From positions 251,286,001 through 251,350,000 of the forward strand of contig OZ024743.1 in NCBI GenBank assembly GCA_964016885.1: a stretch of 64,000 nt of DNA, in the 5' to 3' direction. This document shows, in pieces, positions 38,871 to 52,090 of the stretch; position 1 is the first letter of the stretch, and each line of letters starts with the position of its first letter. The translations under genes and the position numbers were made by a program. This DNA comes from Eledone cirrhosa. Its lineage: Eukaryota. The notes under the pieces are model-generated. The model was not told the DNA's origin. It was given only the letters and a program-made list of their open reading frames with translations, and searched no databases.

Positions 38871-39937
38871 TATAATAATAGATGTAGAAATAAACCCAGT
38901 AAATTCTGTCTAAAATTACGAGGGTAGAGAAACCACAATTGTTTTATATATTTAACCTGAAACATACAGTAAGATATATAATTTTATATACAGACCATAT
39001 CAATAACCATTTCATCTCTCGGACAGATTAGAGATTTAATCTGTTTCGCCCTGAAAATTGTGTTTGTAACAGATAATCCGTAGGCTTTTCGTCAGCGAGA
39101 GATAAGATCAAATGAAACAAAACACATTTAACTACAACTCACAGGAGTAAATAATACACCTCGTGGGTTGCACACTATACGTTGTGAGAGTGGATATGCT
39201 AGAAATGATAGCCTTATTACACTCAACTTATAATCTCACCTAGTTAGGGAGCCGAAATACAAATAAAATACAGAGTTATTAACTCATATTGATACCCTGC
39301 AATTAACAAGCTCAAAGTATAAATACTGAGCATTATATAATAAAAAGCCAAACAGATTAAATCTCTAATCTGTCCGAGAGATGAAATGGTTATTGATATG
39401 GTCTGTATATAAAATTATATATCTTACTGTATGTTTCAGGTTAAATATATAAAACAATTGTGGTATTCTCTACCCTCGTAATTTTAGACACAGAATTTAC
39501 TGTGTTTATTTCTACATCTATTATTATATAATGCTCAGTATTTATACTTTGAGCTTGTTAATTGCAGGGTATCAATATGAGTTAATAACTCTGTATTTTA
39601 TTTATATTTCGGCTCCCTAGCTAGGTGAGCTTATAAGTTGAGTGTAATAAGGCTATCATTTCTAGCATATCCACTCTCACAACGTATAGTGTGCAACCCA
39701 CGAGGTGTATTATTTACTCTTGTGAGTTGTTGTTAACTGTGTTTTGTTTCATTTGATCTTATCTCTCGCTGACGAAAAGCCTACGGATTATCTGCTATAA
39801 ACACAATTATCAAGGCGAAACAGATTAAATCTCTAATCTGTCCGAGAGATGAAATGGTTATTGATATGGTCTGTATATAAAATTATATATCTTACTGTAT
39901 GTTTCAGGTTAAATATATAAAACAATTGGGGTATTCT
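38871..39937. mobile_element. Retrozyme-like locus: one full ~468-bp HHR monomer on minus (38871-39338) and ~1.25 tandem monomers on plus (39350-39937)
   Basis: AAACAGATTAAATCTCTAATCTGTCCGAGAG recurs at 39350 and 39818. The minus copy is exactly one period long. Confidence 0.88.
39761..39850 (+). ncRNA. Type I hammerhead ribozyme with 8-bp stems I and III (mirror copy at 39014-39103 on minus; 3' half at 39350-39382)
   Basis: ATCTCTCG-CTGACGA-AAA-GCCT..AGGC-GAAA-CAGATTA AATCTC TAATCTG-TC^CGAGAGAT. Confidence 0.88.
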
Positions 39938-39939
39938 AT

Positions 39940-40362
39940 TGTGATAAAAGCCGACCTTACACAATTACACCTCTCAAAGGCGATGACACACGACCGTGAC
40001 CTCTGGCGTCACGCAGTAATACAGAGTACCCGACCTCCCATGGGTACAAGCGGAAGCATATAGACAATATTCCCCCAATCCTCCCACTTCAAGGTGGTTG
40101 TGGAGGTGCCACGGCAAAAAAGCACCCAGCCAGCCCACACTGTAAAGTGGACATGTAGGCGCCACGGAAAAAGCACCCAGCACTCACTGTAAATGAGGTT
40201 GGTGTTAGGAAGAGCATCCAGTTGTAGAAATCAAGCCAAAATCAGTTGCTGTATGAGCAAGGCATGGTCAGCCGACCAGACACTGCCCACAACAGGACAA
40301 CCCGTCTAACCCATGCTAGCATGGAAGAACGGACGTAAAATGGTGATGATGATGATGATGAT
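39940..40362 (+). mobile_element. 5'-truncated RTE LINE of a second subfamily (last codons, 3' UTR and (GAT)n)
   Basis: Translates IKADLTQLHLSKAMTHDRDLWRHAV, homologous to INSDLTRLHLSKTMSLDRDLWRYSV. Confidence 0.85.
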
Positions 40363-40367
40363 ATCTA

Positions 40368-40403
<36 letters not shown>

Positions 40404-40439
40404 AAAAATTAAAACATTAGGGGTTTCCTTTTGCAAAAA

Positions 40440-40965
40440 TTACAGGAGCTGGAGCAGTAATGTGCCTACTTAAGCATTTGGTAATCAGAAGAAGGGAGGT
40501 AGGTGTAAAAGTCAAACTCACTATCTTCAATTCAGTATTCATGCCAATCTCTATTTATGGTCAGGAATCTTGGGTAATGACCGAAAGAAAACAATTGCAA
40601 ATGCAAATGGCCGAAATGGAGTTCCTCCTCCAAAGGGTCTTTAAAGTAATGTTACTCAATAGAGTGCATAGCTCAGAAATTAGAGAGTCACTCCTGGTAC
40701 AGCCACTACTTTTCTGAATTGGGAGTTCAAAGCTCCGATACTATGGGTGTGCAGTTAGAATGTTTAAGAAAAGAATTGCAGGAGAGATTTTATGAGCAAA
40801 ACAACCCGGCAGGAGATCCAGGAGTAGACTTTGAGCAAGATGGTTGGATAACATCCATGAGCTTGGCTGGTTTCGATTAGGGGTCCAGCCAGATCAGTTG
40901 GAGACAGTTGCTTCTGACAGGTCCTGCTAGAAGAAGTGTTTGAGGACTCTGCCCTCATGACCCAC
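40440..40965 (+). mobile_element. Decayed RTE LINE fragment (RT C-terminus)
   Basis: KLTIFNSVFMP..IYGQESWVMTER...AEMEFL...SSEIRESL. Confidence 0.8.
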
Positions 40966-41167
40966 ATGAATACAGAAACAATCTAAATAACCAAAAGGTC
41001 AGTGATTGCATTTTTCAAACATCATTTCCCCTGTATATATATATATATATGGTATTTTCTTCGTGGTTATAAGAGGCTTAGCTCTGTTTCTCGACCGTTA
41101 TATCGCGTGACTATCTCCCCCTCCGCCTTTTGTGTAGACGCGTTCTTGAGACTAGTAAAATGAGGTA

Positions 41168-41255
41168 TCCTCTTGATAAGTCGGCAGACCTCGCAAGGAC
41201 TCTATACCTTTGATATATTGTTTTTGTTTATGCCACGAAACTACGTAGTCGAGGA
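41168..41255 (+). ncRNA. Type I hammerhead ribozyme, U3-A8 variant, in a ~280-bp CpG-containing insert (41051-~41330) after (TA)n
   Basis: TCCTC-TTGATAA-GT(C)GGCA..TGCCAC-GAAA-CTACGTAG-TC^GAGGA, with palindromic helix III ACTACGTAGT. Confidence 0.82.
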
Positions 41256-41486
41256 ATTTAGGAACAGTTTAGGTATGATACATTTTATTACTAATTATAT
41301 CTAAATGTTTCTTCTCTCTTCATAATGTATTTTTAACTCTGATACTGGTTCAGTCTGGTTCAAACTGAATTGGTCTGTCCCAGTCATTCATTGAGCAACA
41401 TCGGTGAAGTTGGCACCCTTAACTCACAGTTGGGTGCGGATGCATTCATGTATATATGTGTGTGTCTGCATGTATCTGTGTGTTTC

Positions 41487-41529
<43 letters not shown>

Positions 41530-41613
41530 ACATCCAACCATAGAAACCAAGCCAAAAACATAATTGTTTCTACTTTAGGCACAAGGCCAGCAATTACCCA
41601 GTGCATTAAAAAC

Positions 41614-42880
41614 ATAATAATAATAATAATGAAAATATTGTGTACAGTGCTCAGGTGCACTACAACTTATCAAAAAGTGTATGTATAGAACATAGGGTAA
41701 TGTACAAACGTCAGGAAAATGAACAGTGCATGCGTCAATATATACACATGTGTGCATGTGTATGGAAGGGGGATATCAGGTGTAGTTTTGGCGAATTTCG
41801 GGAAGCATGAGGGTTTTAAAGGATTCAGTGTCTCAGCAGCTAACAACTTACGCAGATAGTTTGTTCCATGCTTCAGCAACTCTAAGCATGAAAATATCTT
41901 TCCGAGAGTCATGGGGGCTGTGCTGTTTTCTGATTTTGTAGGCATGTCTACGTGTGTTAGACACATGGAGATCAAAAAGGTGTTCAGGGTTGTTGTTGGC
42001 GAGATGGTTAATAACTTTGTGGGTGTTTACCAAGTCCATTGCCAGATGTCGGAGCTTCTATGAATCCATGCCCAGGGAAGCAAGGCGTTCAGAGTATGGT
42101 AGGTGTCTGATGGAGAGTATGCGCTTGGTTGCACATCTCTGAACAGTTTCCAGGAGGTCAATGCTCTGAGCAAGATAGGGGTTGCAGACTGATGATGCGA
42201 ATTCCAAGTGTGGTCGTACCATAGCTGTATACAGGTTTAAATAGATGGCTGGAGAGCAACTAACAAAGGTCTTGCTGAGGGATGCCAAGACACCCTCGGC
42301 TTTCTTGACAATCTTAGAGACGTGCTTTGTCCAACGCAAATCGCTGCTGACAGTAATGCCCAGGTCACGTTCACAAGAGGACTTCTTGATATCAGTGTTG
42401 TGGAGGAAGTATGTGGACGCTGGATTTTTCCTCCAAAAATGCATCATGGTACACTTGTCCACAGCCAGCTTCAGTTGCCAGTCTGTGATCCATTGCTGCA
42501 TTGTGTCCAGGTCTGATTGTAGGAAAGAGTTATAGATTTCAGGATCAGTCCTTTTGATTTCAAGGTACAGCTTGATGTCATCTGCATATTTCAGTACCAT
42601 GGCATTCTTTAAGTTGGCATCTATGTCATTAATATATGCCACAAACAAAAGGGGACCAAGAACAGATCCTTGTGGTACACCAGATGACATCTCATATGGT
42701 GAAGAATGCTGTCCTAGAACCGTGACTACCTCTTTTCGGCTGAGAATGAAGGATTTCAACCAGTTAAAAAGATCATCCCTCACACCCATTGCAGAGAGTT
42801 TCACCATAAGTCTTTTGTTGGCACAGAATTAAAAGCCTTAGCGAAGTTGAGGTAAACAACATCCACCCATGCGCTGCTGT
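41614..42880 (-). mobile_element. 5'-truncated CR1-clade LINE (RT fragment at 42058-42807) with (ATT)n tail
   Basis: SGVPQGSVLGPLLF, KYADDIKLY, ERDLG, VRPHLEF, LETVQR.ATK. Confidence 0.93.
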
Positions 42881-43064
42881 CATATGATCATCTGATCTAA
42901 CTTGTCTGATAACATGACAACCCATGTAACCCATGCAAGCATGTAAAATAGATATTATTAAACAATGATAATGATGTATCTCTCTCTTTCTCTCTCTCTC
43001 TTTCTCTCTCTCTCTCTTTCTCTCTCTCTCTTTCTCTCTCTCTATCTCACTCTCTCTCTCTATC

Positions 43065-43120
<56 letters not shown>

Positions 43121-43559
43121 TGGATACAAATGAAAGAAAAAAGCAATCAGTACATGTGGAAGTTGATTGTATTTTTGTTAACATTTTTACTTATTTCTGC
43201 TTTAAATTTTCATAGATACAAATAGTTAATGCAGAGATAACTCAAACTGTTGATATCACATATTATTCACAAGTACTTCTGAATAATATCATCGGATTAA
43301 GTTTTATTCAAATTAGTAATAATGATATTCTCTCAGCATGACTGTTATCATAGAATGCTATTTCAATGAAGCCTGAATATATTACATTCTATACAACCCA
43401 TTAAAGAATTTTTTTTTCATTTACAAACTATATCATTTCATTCTAATATTCTTTGTTTTAGCTCCATTTTTATTATTTCTAATGAGATTCTTAAATATAC
43501 TGAAATTTGAGTTTCTTGAAATACACATTCTCAAACCTTGAAATATATTTTTTTAAATG

Positions 43560-43936
43560 AGTCGTTAGAGCATTGGGCTTGCAATCAAAAAAGGTTGTGA
43601 GTTCAATTCTCAGACCGGGTGATGTGTTGTTTCCTTGAGCAAGACACTTTATTTCACATTGCTCCAGTTTACTCAGCTGTAGAAATGAGATGATAGGACT
43701 CGGGTCCCTATCATTCCACTGCAAAGTGGTCATGGAGGTGCCACGGCAAAAAAGCACCCAGCCCACACTGTAAAGTGGATGTGTAGGCGCTAGGGAAAAA
43801 AAGCACCCAGCACTCACTGTAAATGAGGTTGGTGTTAGGAAGGGCATCCAGCTGTAGAAATCAAGCCAGAATCAGTTCCCGTCCCACCCTTGCAAGCAGG
43901 GAAAAGCGGACGCAAAATGATGATGATGATGATGAT
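43560..43936 (+). mobile_element. tRNA-derived SINE with an RTE-derived 3' tail (family B); other copies at 48355-48600 (-) and 52650-52975 (-)
   Basis: B box GAGTTCAATTC, then TCCTTGAGCAAGACACTT. The 3' part matches the RTE UTR at 40100-40240 and ends in (GAT)n. Confidence 0.85.
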
Positions 43937-44093
43937 ATCATTGAATTTCATTTAAACTTAATCTTAACCCTAAACTTCCTATGTTACCACTTTCTTTACG
44001 TTGCTATCTCTATCCTTCTCTCTCCCACTGTCCTATCTCTGTCCGCACTTTCTCACCTTCTCTCTCTCTCTCTCACTTTATATATATATGTAT

Positions 44094-44124
<31 letters not shown>

Positions 44125-44770
44125 AATATAATCTATCTTCTTGTATTTCCTTATTCTCAGCAAACATTTAACAGTCATCAAACATTCTCTTATAATCCAC
44201 CTTCTCTCTTATTGTTGTAGTTGATTGGCTGTGACATTAGAGAGTCAGACAAATGATTAGCAGTATCTGTCCTGGTTCTTGACATTTTGAGTTCAAATCA
44301 CGCCAATGTTAACTTTACCTTTCGTCTTTCCAGGGTCAATAAATTACTGTCCCAGTCAAGTATTGGGTCGATATATTTGATTTTCATTTCCTCCCAAAAT
44401 TGCTAGCCTTGTGCCAATGTTATGATATCTAATCACCCAATTAAGTTAAATCAACTCAGTTTGAAAGCACATTGCATAGAATGTTTGCAGTCCATACCAA
44501 AGCAGTTATATTTGGCGAAATGCCAATTTCGTTCAAATAACACACTAAGATTTTGGTGACCGATCCCAATGCTCCTATCACTATTGGTATTGCTTTCATG
44601 CTTTTGTCTCACACCCTAGCAATTTCAACTCTTAAATCAGAATAGTTGTAAAAATTTAGATTTCCCTTCTTTTTAATAAAATGATCTCCTGGTACTGCCA
44701 TGTAAAGTATCCAACATTTGTTCTCATTCTTATCTGCCACTACCACCATCACCACTATTAACACCACCAC

Positions 44771-44772
<2 letters not shown>

Positions 44773-44804
<32 letters not shown>

Positions 44805-45225
44805 TGAGTCTCAGTCATTGATGTTATTTAACTGGAAAGTTTGTTGAAATCAATATCAAGCCGCTACCTGCAGCCTCAGACATTTGGGACGTATCGGAGG
44901 GTTCTTGCTGTTCCCAGCAAGCATGCCTTTTGAAGTGTTCCAAAAAAACAGGGCTGGACTAATCTTCTTTAACCATCCTTGGAAACTCTTTGAGATAGTA
45001 CCTAGTGCTCCTATTACAATCAGGACGACCTTGATCTCATGACAGTTCCAAATCCTTTTTAACTCCCACTTAAAATCCTGGTATCGGTTAATTTTCTCCC
45101 TCTCCTTTTCTTGCACTCTCGTGTCAAATGGGCAGGCATGATCTTTTTTCCTTGTCAAAAATCACCAGGTCAGGCCTATTGTGTTCTAATTCTTGTCCGT
45201 CTGTATCCCAAAATCTCATAGCACC
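44773..45225 (-). mobile_element. R4/Dong-like LINE 3' fragment (restriction-like endonuclease) ending in (TAA)n
   Basis: HNRPDLVIFDK, ACPFD...EKEREKINRYQD, IVIGALG. The 3' end abuts (TAA)n. Confidence 0.85.
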
Positions 45226-45339
45226 TTCACTTGATCGTTTTCTATCATGTTCAATCAGTTGTGTAGTTACTTTGGGGATTTTCCCATATATCTGTTTAAG
45301 CGAGGGATTGTCTGCCAAGGAATATTATGAGCCTTTCTC

Positions 45340-46190
45340 ATCCATCTAAAGGGCTCTAGATGAGAGTACTAGATCCAAGTCTCAGAACCATAGAAAAGGA
45401 TAGGCTCTACTGTTGCTCTAAACAGGCTGATTTTAAATTTGTTTGGTATTTGGATTTCAAAATTTTATCGAACTTATGAAGTGCATTCCAAATCAGGGCT
45501 CAACAAATGTTAAAGTCTTTTTCTGAGTTCATTATGAAAGAACCAAGGTACTTAAAGTCTTCTACTTGCTTTAAGGGTTTCCTGTTTACTGTGACTATTC
45601 TAGCATCAGATTCTATTGAGATAAACTCAGTTTTTCAGCCATTGCAATAGAGACCAACATAAGCCGAAGCTTATTCTTGTGCATGAAGGAGTAATTAGGT
45701 ATTTGCTACTGAGTTTGAGTGAAAAGCCAAATCATCAGCGAAGTCTAGATTGACAAATTCAGCAAGATACCTTCTGCTTCTTCTGGTATTGCAATCCAAT
45801 AAAATATGTAGGAACAATTATAAAGAGAAAAGAAGCGAAAGTATCCCCTTGAAGAACCCTAGCCATTATATCGAAATATTCTGTTTCTCCATCTGAAATT
45901 ATAACTCATGATTTTGTACTGGTGTATAATGCTCATTGCTTTAACTATCTTCTCTGTAATGTGTTAAAGCAGTAGTGTGTGACACATTACCTCTCAGTTG
46001 ATTGAATTGAACGCTCTCCTAATGTCCACAAAAATTATATGAAAATCTTTATTGCCATGGCTCATTTCTTCAATGATTGTCTGTAAGGCCAGGATCTGTG
46101 CAGTTGTAGAATGTGCTATATGAAATCCATTTTGATTTCTCCTCAAAATGGTATTCAGGAAAGGAAATATCTTGTTGAGAATCAACTTGT
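45340..46190 (-). mobile_element. Decayed RTE/RTE-X RT fragment
   Basis: ILRRNQNGF..ST.QILAL, FVD...AF.SI, GVLQGDT, DFADDL, FKYLGS, LFYGSETW. Confidence 0.82.
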
Positions 46191-46486
46191 AACTTGTAGT
46201 AGTAGTACAGATTCCAAATCTATTACAGATATAGTGCTAAAAATATACAAAGCAAAATAAGAATGAAATGTTTCGAATTCATTTCAATTTTCAAGAATTC
46301 CAAATTCAAATTTGTAGATTCAAAATCTTTATTCTGTTCTACCTTCTATTATTGTATGATTTCCGATGTGCCATCAAATCAAATGAGACCTCTATGTGGT
46401 TCCTTAATTTGATAGAAACAGCAGACAAATCTCCCTTGAATCACACGTTACTGTTTTGTGTGTGTATATAAATGTATAGATGAAAC

Positions 46487-46526
<40 letters not shown>

Positions 46527-46857
46527 GACTGTTTATTTCAAAGTTCTCATATTTATCTAAAATCCTTTGAACATAATTTTATAAAAGTTTCTTTAAGTTA
46601 ATGCTCCAAGCACTAACTTATTTTCAAAATTATTTGAAACTCAGAGGCAGTGTTTTTCATTAGAAGTATGGGAATGAATGGGTTATTAAAACACCAAACA
46701 TACAGAGAATATAAAATAAAGCCATATAGCAAATTAGATGTCATTAGTACATTGGATAGGATGTTTTGTCAGTGTTTGTTTCGGCTCCGTGAGTTCAAAT
46801 CCCACTGAGGTCAGCCTTGTTTTATCATTTTGAGGACAATATTTTAAGGACAAGGAC

Positions 46858-47045
46858 AATGGATTGGCAGTATCGGTAAAGCATCAGACACCATGCTTTA
46901 TAGCATAGAGTTATGTCCCTTTATGTTCTGAGTTCAAATCCCGTCGAGGTTAATTTTGCCTTTCATCCTTATGGTGTCAATAAAAGAAAGCACCAGTAAT
47001 GCACTGGGGTAATTGCTGGCCTTGTGCCAAAAGTAGAAACAATTA
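46858..47045 (+). mobile_element. Family A SINE
   Basis: Similar to 38679-38862. Confidence 0.82.
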
Positions 47046-48306
47046 TTTTGAGGACAATTAAAAAAGTACCAGTCCTGTACTATTATCGATTTTTTCTCTG
47101 TATCTCTCTCTTACTCCCCTCCCCTCTCTTCTTCTTTGGAAGAATTTGGCTGTGTTCAGTCCTGGAGAGATGATAGGCTCCACCAAGTCCAAAGTGTCAT
47201 AATGGTGCCCCTACAACTCCATCAGGAGTTACATGTTCATATATGCATTAAGAAAAGCCACTGTTTATGAACATGACACCATATATTTATCAGCAAACCA
47301 GAAAAATTGGATTATTTTAACAGAAAATCCTGATGTTAAAATTTGTTGAACTTCAACATTCTTTAAAGTATCTTGTGTAGTTTCTTTCTATTGTTATTAT
47401 AACTGAAATCTCCAATGACTCAGACCTTCTATTGTCTTTCACAGATTTTCCAGAAAACCAATTTTTGAATAAAGGAAAACAACCTTGCACATATGCCAAA
47501 GTAATTCTCAGCTGAGAAGTTTTGCTATTTCAATTTTGTACATTTAACAGCAAATTTTGTGTGGAAAGGCGCTAAACAGTTTTTAGAGTATTTGCTATAT
47601 TTAGAAGATGCTTGATGCTTCATATTTGTCTTTAGAAGAAATTGCCTCATCTATTATGCATACTATCTGAGAGCATTAACTGTTACTTACAAATGAGAAA
47701 TTTTACCTTGTATGACTGCATATTGCATAACCTCTAGCTACTTCCATTACATCCATATTTAGATTTTAATGCTCTTCACATCAACCAGTTTGTCTGTTGT
47801 GCAATTTTCAAAAATAAGTATATTCCTTAGTTTAGGGAAGCTTGTTTTATAGCATAAATTTTAGGAAAAAAATGTTTAACCTCTATCCTCATTTACACAA
47901 ATACTCCATGATGCAAACATTGTATACATTAAAAAGCAACCTAACACATACATACACACACAAAACACATACATACATACACGAAACACACAGACATACA
48001 CAAAACACACACACACATACACAAAACACACACACACATACACAAAACACACACACACATACACAAAACACACATACACAAAACACACACACACATACTC
48101 ACATACATACATACATACACAAATACATTAGCAGTATTTTCTGAGTGTTTTCCTTATGGGTTAAGGCAATCAACAGCCTTATTTGCATACATACAAACAT
48201 TTATTCATACATAGATTCATGCATACATACATAGATTCATCAATACAACCCCTGCTAGTGTGGAAGAATGGACGTAAAATGGTCATACATACATACATAG
48301 ATACAT

Positions 48307-48344
<38 letters not shown>

Positions 48345-50356
48345 ATGAACAACAATTCATTTCATTCATTTCATGTCCACTTTTTCCCTGCTTGCAAGGG
48401 TGGGACGGGAATTGATTCTGGCTTGATTTCTACAGCTGGATGTCCTTCCTAACACCAACCTCATTTCTACAGCTGAGTAAACTGGAGCAATGTGAAATAA
48501 AGTGTCTTGCTCAAGGAAACAACACATCACCTGGTCTGAGAATTGAACTCACAACCTTTCGATTGCAAGGTCAATGCTCTAACCACTAAGCCATGTGCCT
48601 CCTATTTCCTTTTTAGGTATTTTTAGTCAAAACCAATTCCTCACTTTCAACAAGATATTTACTTTTCACCATACTTTAAAACCAGATTGTTTAAAATAAA
48701 TCAATGATGCCCTTGAAATATCTTTCTTCAAAATTTCCAAAGACATCATTACCTTCTTTATTATTCCTGATTCCTTTCAAAAAGGTGCAGGTATGGTTGT
48801 GTGATTAAAGCATTTACTTCATTGTCATCTGGTTTCAGGTTCAGTCTCACTGTATAGCATCTTGAACAAGTGTCTTCTACACTCAGCCACACCTGTATTT
48901 ATCTCTAGCAATTCTATAAAATGCTATTTCATTTCCTTCAAGATATTATATTACAGCAGCATTAATAAAATACAATGCAAGCACAGAGTTAACAACAGCT
49001 TCTGTTTTGAATCAGGAATTTGAATACTTCCTTACCTCTTCAGTGTCACAGATGTATGTATGGACCTGTAACACCTGGTAGAGTTGCAGGTGTGCCATAT
49101 TTGCATTTGAGACTTTAACCTGAGTAGAGACCATCTCCTCTCTAGATATAAACACAACCAATTTCTTTCAGAGAAGGAGAGTGAGAAAGAGATACAGAGA
49201 ATTAACATCAAAATTAATAAAGCCAAAGTTGACCTCGGTGGGATTTGAACTCAGAAAGTGAAGAAATCCAGAATGAATATTGCAAAGCCTTCTATTCAAT
49301 GTTCTAATGACTGCTAATTCACCACCTGCTAATGCAGAGATCATCTTTTAAAAACCAAAGAAGAAGAGCAGTTCATGTACGGGAAGCTAATGTGATCTTT
49401 AACCATATTTCTAGTAATAGACATTGCTTGTTATTTTAAAGTAATTTTGGATATAATTGTAACTTCGACGGGATTTAGTAATATAATCAACTTTCTCATC
49501 ATTAATCTTATAGTTGGAGCATAACCTAACAAAAAGTCTCACGTAAAATTCTGATGGAATTGTTTTAGATATAAACAAAAGCTTTAACTCTTTCATTACC
49601 ACGATTCTAATAAAATATATTGCCCAGGATTTTTGAAGTTTTGAAAGTAATAAAAAATTAAGGACAGCAAAATAACTTTCTCATAACTTATCTGGTGATT
49701 GGGGTATTTTATCATGGCACCAACACTATGGGAGCTATACCCTTGACCCAATTAAAGAGTCCTTTTACCGTTGGGTTCCTTTCCTAACACTAATCATTTT
49801 ACCTAATGTATTAGGTGCATGTTAATGTGGCTTCACCATTCCAGATGTTGTCATATCCTTGACACAACTGAAGAGTACTTTTAACCCTTCGACCTTTTAT
49901 TTAGCATAGTTTCAACAGCTGAATTCTCTTCCTAGCACTAATCTTTAACCATTTTTCTCTGTACCACAGCTTGAATTATCATCTAAATTTTTGCCTATTT
50001 GCAAGAATAATTGAGATATTTTCTTTGATCAGTTTAAAAAAAATTACTACCTTTCATTATCATTTGTAAATAAAAGTTGTTTAGAACCCTTCATGTCTGT
50101 TTGATGGGAGGCCGGGTGTTTATGGCAGTAGTTAATCTGTCATCTCAAGTTCTGGGGATGTTTATCCAGTCCCGATTAATTAAATTAACGAAACCCAGAG
50201 GAAGAGTAATTAGGTAATTACTAAACATGTTTCACGTAGCATTTCATTTAATTCACTGTGTGTGTATGTCTATATACATATAGAAATACACACACATGCA
50301 TATGTGTGTGTGTGTATAAATGTATATGTGTGTATATATATATATGTGTGTGTGTG

Positions 50357-50401
<45 letters not shown>

Positions 50402-51830
50402 GCACACATACATGCACATATGTATGCATGTATCCATATACAGAGAAAGAGAGAGAGGGAGGTTAGCTTTTCAATTTAATTTAAGGGAAGTTCTAGGTTT
50501 CTGCTGTGTTTATTAAAACCACAGCAGATGTTTTCTAAATGGGGTTTGGGCTTGTCGCTAAGTTGCTTAGCCAACGAGAAGAACCCTCATTTCTTAAAGT
50601 TGTACAACTTCTACTACTATCACCACCACTATTGCTATAACTACTACAAGCAAAACTAAGCATGTGTGTATATAAAGATTTATTCCACCAACAACCACGT
50701 TGGTTGTCGCTAGAATTTGTTGACCATCTTACATAATTTCCATTGAACAATTATTCTGGTTTGGTTGCCACTCCTCTCTTCTCTACCACCAGCACCTCTC
50801 CCCCACTACAACTAGGATAACCACCATCAACACCACCCTATCAACTTTTATCACCTCAGCTCTCACTACTACCAACATTCCACCACCTCACCCTCAAATA
50901 AAGATAGAAAATGAGGAAGAAGGCAAACAGGAAGGTGAAGAAAATAGAAGATAGGCAAAGAAGGAGAAGATAGAAAGAATAACTGAATGAGATGATGATG
51001 ATAATAATGATATTGATGATGCTGTTGCTGCTGATGTATACATTATAATTACAAAATCAAGAAATACCAAATATCTTTCTCTCAAGAAATTTAATTTGCA
51101 ATAGGATGTGGAGAGGGAGAATATATGGAATATGACAGTCTTAAATTCTTCGATTCTTAATCTGGTTTTAAAGTATGCTGAAAAGTAAATATCTTGTTGA
51201 AAGTGAGGAATTGGTTTTGACTAAAAATACCTAAAAAGAAAATAAATAAATAATAAATAAATAAGTGTACCCAAAAATCAAACTAAAAAGAAAAAATCTG
51301 GACTGGAAAACCCTTATCTTTCTATATCGATTCACTCAAAGATTGGTAGAGAGGTGGGTATGGAAGGAATAAAGTGGAGAATATATGGAGGGAACTGTAT
51401 GGAACATAGTGGGAGACAGTGGGGAAGAAGAAAGCAGAATCGAAACGTGTGACATAGACACATTTTTGTTGATTATTTTTTAAAAACTTAATATGAAATT
51501 GAGAAAATTAATTTGGAAAGGTCAAAAGTTCTTCGCTAAGATCTTAAATTGATATCAATATAGCCAGTCTATAATCCGTGCTTCTCAATACATTACTGAT
51601 TGTAAATTTACAAGGAAAATGCTTGCATTGCTACAAGGAAGAATCTGTCTATCTCCACCAAACCCCCAACCTCTTGTTCCCTCCTTTCTTTCCACACTCT
51701 CTTTGTCTGTATTACACACACATATGTATATATGAACATATATATACACACACACAAGCATGCACACATATATATATAAACACATACATACACAATTATA
51801 TACAGATATATATATATAGATAGATACATA

Positions 51831-51888
<58 letters not shown>

Positions 51889-51983
51889 TATACATATATA
51901 TATATATATACATATATATACATATATATATATATATATACATATATATACATATATATATATTTATGAATATATATATATAT

Positions 51984-52034
<51 letters not shown>

Positions 52035-52057
52035 TATACATATATATATATTTATGA

Positions 52058-52090
<33 letters not shown>

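Noticed and set aside
49036-49119. Possible 84-nt minus-strand exon (CAG...GTAAG, VKVSNANMAHLQLYQVLQVHTYICDTEE)
   Set aside because: The polypyrimidine tract is weak, the peptide is not recognisable and there are no partner exons. RNA-seq would be needed.
49411-49602. Short ORF or organellar insertion
   Set aside because: No recognisable protein or rRNA motif.
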